This document shows positions 36,596 through 39,354 of a stretch of DNA of 39,354 bases, piece after piece (position 1 is the first letter of the stretch; each line of letters starts with the position of its first letter). The stretch comes from an uncultured Candidatus Saccharibacteria bacterium. Its GTDB lineage: Bacteria > Patescibacteriota > WWE3 > 2-01-FULL-39-13. The notes beneath the pieces are model-generated. The model worked only from the letters and a program-made list of their open reading frames with translations. It was not told where the DNA came from and made no database searches. The position numbers and the translations under genes were made by a program. Location: positions 298,181 through 337,534 of the forward strand of contig OZ246395.1 of NCBI GenBank assembly GCA_965230915.1, given 5' to 3'.

Positions 36596-37591
36596 TTATT
36601 TCAAATAAAGAGAGTTAATTTGTTTGGTAGTTTTAGTATTTAATATAAGTTTGTCTGTGGGATTCTTTGTATAAGCTTTGGCTTTATCGTTAATTCTTCT
36701 AGCAGCATAATAGAAAATATTTTGCCAGTAAGATATATCTTTCGTTTGAAGATCCTCATGTGCTGTATCTACTAGCTCATCTATATTCCATTCTTTTCGC
36801 TCAGAAGTATTGTTTTTAAATAATATATCGCATAGAAGTCTTTCTTTAGAGTTTGGAATGAGTGTAATGAATCCAGTTCCGATAGATAACTGTCCAGTAT
36901 TTTTATCATAATTTATAGCTTTAGTCGCTGGTTCATTTGATCCTGTTAAGAGACTCAATTTACTTACTTCAAGCTCTAGTGATGCGATCCTATTACTTTG
37001 TTGTGCATTTTGAGATTTAACTTCTTCCAGCGTGATGAGAGTAATATCTAATTTATCGTTAATTACATCAACATTTTTACTGATTTTATAGGCAACAAGT
37101 GATCTTGGTGGTTCTGGTACTAAATAATCAGTCCGAATTGAATCTAAAGCTCCATAATTAAAGATGTCTGCCTGTCTTATACTAGCTTCTAGCCCTAAAA
37201 TGCTTGTGTTGAGTTTTATATCGAGACTAATTGCTCTAATACCGCTTACCATGTTATCTATGGCTTTAGCATGTGCAGCGTAAAAGGTTCCAGCTAGTTG
37301 TATCTTACCTATATTTATATTGAGATTTCTAAATATACTAACAAAATCAGTTTCAATTTTGCGAATTGATTCAGCAAGTATAGGTGCATAATTTAGTGTT
37401 TTTTGTATATCTACTAATATCTGTGGGGCTAGGCTGTTGTTAAACTTTTCTAATAACTCTTCTTTTAAAAGGGCAATTTCTTGAAGATTCTCGGGCGATG
37501 GGTTCCTAAGGTCTTTTACTTTTAGCTTGTATCTATTTGGTTGTATAAGCCGACCTTCAATAGGCTTATCAGAGTTAGTTACTTTTTTCAT
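36596..37591 (-). CDS. Hypothetical protein with central coiled coil (element cargo or regulator)
   Basis: 331-aa ORF in the same orientation as the XRE, SpoVG-like and Rep genes. The QNAQQSNRIASLELEVSKLSLL segment is coiled-coil-like. No recognised motif. Confidence 0.5.
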   Translation of the reverse strand: MKKVTNSDKPIEGRLIQPNRYKLKVKDLRNPSPENLQEIALLKEELLEKFNNSLAPQILVDIQKTLNYAPILAESIRKIETDFVSIFRNLNINIGKIQLAGTFYAAHAKAIDNMVSGIRAISLDIKLNTSILGLEASIRQADIFNYGALDSIRTDYLVPEPPRSLVAYKISKNVDVINDKLDITLITLEEVKSQNAQQSNRIASLELEVSKLSLLTGSNEPATKAINYDKNTGQLSIGTGFITLIPNSKERLLCDILFKNNTSERKEWNIDELVDTAHEDLQTKDISYWQNIFYYAARRINDKAKAYTKNPTDKLILNTKTTKQINSLYLK

Positions 37592-37628
37592 TACATCTTC
37601 AACTAAAATTTTAATGGATTATTCGTTA

Positions 37629-37853
37629 CTATACTGTCTTAGGGTATAGATTATCAACAGGTATACCGAGTGCTTTCGCTACTCGATAGAGGCTATAAGA
37701 AGAAGGACTTCTTTTATTGGTTTCTAACAGGTTAATATAAGTTCTATAGAATCCGCATTTAAATGCAAGGTCGTCTTGTGTTAATCCCTTTTTCAGTCTT
37801 TCCTTTTTGATATTTTGCCCTAAGATTTCAGTGAATTTTTCTCTACTTAACAT
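37629..37853 (-). CDS. XRE-family helix-turn-helix transcriptional regulator (Cro/CI-like)
   Basis: 74 aa. LGQNIKKERLKKGLTQDDLAFKCGFYRTYINLLETNKRSPSSYSLYRVAKALGIP is a canonical HTH_3 domain. Confidence 0.85.
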   Translation of the reverse strand: MLSREKFTEILGQNIKKERLKKGLTQDDLAFKCGFYRTYINLLETNKRSPSSYSLYRVAKALGIPVDNLYPKTV

Positions 37854-37874
37854 TGTTTATATTTTGATTTAGTT

Positions 37875-37898
37875 CGCACAACTGTGAAACGCACAACT
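37875..37898. promoter_or_regulatory. Tandem direct repeats CGCACAACT (x2, 15-bp register) in the divergent XRE / 37979 promoter region; candidate operator
   Basis: CGCACAACT at 37875..37883 and 37890..37898. TGTATAAT at 37911..37918 and SD AGGAGG at 37963..37968 precede ATG 37979. Confidence 0.45.
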
Positions 37899-37978
37899 AG
37901 TAGAGTTTCATGTATAATTAGCCTATTAAATAAGTGTTTTTAGAGGATTAAGCCCTTTATTTAGGAGGTGACAATTTA

Positions 37979-38482
37979 ATGAACAAATTTTTAAAATGGG
38001 GATGTATTGGTGTTGGAGGTTTTGTATTACTGCTTATAATAATTGGAGCAATCGCTTCAAGTAACGATACTTCTAATACGACAGAAATTACAAATAGCCA
38101 ACCTACTCCTTCTGGATCAGATAAGAATAATCAACCAGTAGAAGCTACAACCCCTGACGTTGAGCCTTTAGTTGTTGATACAAAGCAATTTATTACTGAT
38201 TTTGATAAGAATCAGCTTGCAGCAGAAGAAAAATATAAAGGACAAACGGTTAAACTTACCGCCTATATAAAGAATATTTCAGAAGATATTTTAGGTAACC
38301 CGTTCTTGTCGCTTCAACCTACCAGTGATGAGTATTACTTCGGTACTTCCATTCAGTGTATTTTTAAGAACAAATCTGAACTTATAAGTGTAGAAAATGG
38401 TCAGCAAGTTACCATCGTAGGTAAAGTAGATTCACAAGATATAGGAATAATAGGAATTGATGACTGTAGTATTCAGAAATAG
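37979..38482 (+). CDS. Membrane-anchored OB-fold (tRNA_anti-like) protein
   Basis: TM anchor WGCIGVGGFVLLLIIIGAIA, a Ser/Thr/Pro/Asn linker, then FDKNQLAAEEKYKGQTVKLTAYIKNI...ENGQQVTIVGKV, typical of the OB-fold 'tRNA_anti-like' lipoprotein/anchor family. Strong SD. Confidence 0.55.
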   Translation: MNKFLKWGCIGVGGFVLLLIIIGAIASSNDTSNTTEITNSQPTPSGSDKNNQPVEATTPDVEPLVVDTKQFITDFDKNQLAAEEKYKGQTVKLTAYIKNISEDILGNPFLSLQPTSDEYYFGTSIQCIFKNKSELISVENGQQVTIVGKVDSQDIGIIGIDDCSIQK

Positions 38483-38494
38483 ATCTACTTTCGA

Positions 38495-38523
38495 ACAGGG
38501 CTTGGAAACGAGCCCTGTTTTTT
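38495..38523 (+). terminator. Rho-independent terminator
   Basis: ACAGGGCT (38495..38502), loop tggaaacg, AGCCCTGT (38511..38518), then a T-run to 38523. Confidence 0.75.
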
Positions 38524-38560
38524 AGCTATAATGTAATTATACGTGTTGTGTTATAGCTAA
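38522..38560. repeat. Perfect 10-bp inverted repeat TTAGCTATAA / TTATAGCTAA with 19-nt spacer, overlapping a TATAAT box
   Basis: Arms at 38522..38531 and 38551..38560. TATAAT at 38527..38532 lies inside the left arm. ATG 38582 follows 21 nt after the right arm. Confidence 0.5.
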
Positions 38561-38581
38561 CTTAATTCTGCCTTATAGATA

Positions 38582-39354
38582 ATGGATGATAAGAATAAAT
38601 CGTATAGCATTTATATTGATCGAAGACCTAGCCGTATTCTTTATATTTTTAACCGAAAAAAAGTAACTATTGATCAAGTTGACTCCATTATTGAGTACAA
38701 TTTAGGAAAATGGGGAGGCAGATACAATTTTATACTCCCCATTACAGGAACTAATATTTCAGGGTCTCAATGGAAGTTTTTAGAGAGATACGACCCTGAC
38801 TTTGTTAACTCCTATATACCTATAACTAGAAAGTTAGCTATAGATTTTGATACGAAAATTACTCCTCTATTAGTTACAGATTTATCTTCTAGAGTTTTCA
38901 CACCTCGAATAAATGATGAAGGTCTAAGTATATTACCTACCACTAATAATATATGGCAAGTTAGTAATTCATTTGGTGGTGAAGCACATATTGTTCTATT
39001 TGATTTAGATAACTGTACTGACAAGACAATAAGGAGTTTTATTGAAAGAAATTTCGGGGTGCTTAATTTGAAGGAACTCTTTAATGAAAAACTGCTTAGC
39101 CAATACAAAAACAAAATTATACTTAAAATAACAGATAAAAAATCTTTAATCGAAGCATTAAAATCTTTTAATGACTTTAAACCATATGTTTTTCCTATTC
39201 AGCTATGTTCAATTGGTGATTATCTCGATGACGATAAAACATTAGATGATGAAAATAACTTCTATGTTTTCATCGGGGATAGTGCGTTAGATTTGATTGA
39301 TTTTTGGAATAATCCTATTTATTTAAAATATTGGACAAGAAATAGACTTAGACA
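38582..39354 (+). CDS. Hypothetical protein, N-terminal 257 codons (open through the right window edge)
   Basis: Not in the ORF track because it is edge-truncated. Hand translation from ATG 38582 reads MDDKNKSYSIYIDRRPSRILYIFNRKKVTIDQVDSIIEYNLGKWGGRYNFILPITGTNISGSQWKFLERYDPDFVNSYIPITRKLAIDFD...FYVFIGDSALDLIDFWNNPIYLKYWTRNRLR with no stop. The track's minus-strand ORF 38812..39114 is its antisense shadow. Confidence 0.6.
   Translation, partial: MDDKNKSYSIYIDRRPSRILYIFNRKKVTIDQVDSIIEYNLGKWGGRYNFILPITGTNISGSQWKFLERYDPDFVNSYIPITRKLAIDFDTKITPLLVTDLSSRVFTPRINDEGLSILPTTNNIWQVSNSFGGEAHIVLFDLDNCTDKTIRSFIERNFGVLNLKELFNEKLLSQYKNKIILKITDKKSLIEALKSFNDFKPYVFPIQLCSIGDYLDDDKTLDDENNFYVFIGDSALDLIDFWNNPIYLKYWTRNRLR

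Larger units (their letters stand above)
33566..39354. mobile_element. Integrated mobile element at the 3' end of tRNA-Gln (serine integrase + gpII-like Rep + XRE module); right boundary not in the window
   Basis: A recombinase gene abuts and overlaps the tRNA. A replication initiator, a repressor and cargo ORFs are present. The region is visibly more AT-rich than the flanking chromosome. Strong SD sequences (e.g. AGGAGG at 37963..37968) contrast with the SD-poor host genes. Confidence 0.7.

Noticed and set aside
36413-36643. 76-aa hydrophobic plus-strand ORF in the element (MAFSIVLELILLSIAAKI...), considered as an inovirus-type coat or holin-like protein.
   Set aside because: It is on the strand opposite all neighbouring element genes, overlaps the ends of both flanking minus-strand ORFs, and has no SD. 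It is most likely noise in AT-rich DNA, though a small membrane protein cannot be excluded.
35031-39114. Other short ORFs in the element on the opposite strand (35031..35252, 35286..35546, 38812..39114).
   Set aside because: They are antisense to the Rep gene and to the open-ended ORF 38582..39354, and they have no motif support.
33599-39354. A search for a direct repeat of the tRNA-Gln 3' segment (e.g. GGTTCGAGTCCAGGCTGGGCA) that would mark the distal end of the element.
   Set aside because: No copy or partial copy was seen by eye in the remaining 5.7 kb, so no attR/attL pair is reported. The element boundary is left open.

Overview
Low-GC bacterial chromosomal window with short intergenic gaps; all long ORFs are open under the standard code. 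All calls are by-eye motif readings, since no database search was possible.

Gene content, left to right:
- The 5' part of ppa (minus strand, cut by the left edge and absent from the ORF track), a polytopic membrane protein, gyrB, and an anchored hypothetical.
- A type IV pilus (T4P) locus of the secretin-less (Gram-positive or CPR/Patescibacteria-like) kind. It has pilB-pilT-pilC on the minus strand and holB, then a plus-strand run: major pilin, prepilin peptidase pilD, four more pilin-like genes (one fused to two LamG domains), and a FimT/PilV/PilW/PilX-like minor-pilin set. No pilMNOPQ or pilY1 is present.
- Three small accessory ORFs: a cupredoxin-like anchored protein, an acidic hypothetical, and a Tat-signal protein.
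- Two head-to-tail paralogous genes for secreted modular proteins of about 1,830 aa. Together they cover 11 kb, 28% of the window.
- A convergent soluble PAS histidine kinase with a receiver-only response regulator, then tRNA-Gln(CUG).
- An AT-richer integrated element that runs off the right edge. It carries a large serine recombinase whose 3' end is encoded by the complement of the tRNA 3' half, a filamentous-phage gpII-like rolling-circle Rep, an overlapping SpoVG-like gene, an XRE repressor with tandem operator repeats, an OB-fold membrane protein, and an edge-truncated ORF missing from the track.

Most notable observations:
1. The giant tandem paralogues sit where a PilY1-type adhesin would be expected.
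2. TGA is never used as a stop: 18 TAA, 12 TAG, 0 TGA.
3. A -10-like hexamer lies 6-9 nt upstream of the ATG of at least 8 genes, while Shine-Dalgarno sequences are mostly absent.
4. A 34-nt block is conserved at nucleotide level at the 5' ends of two otherwise divergent minor-pilin genes.
5. A gpII-like Rep/serine-integrase element is inserted at tRNA-Gln, 2 kb from the pilus/adhesin locus.
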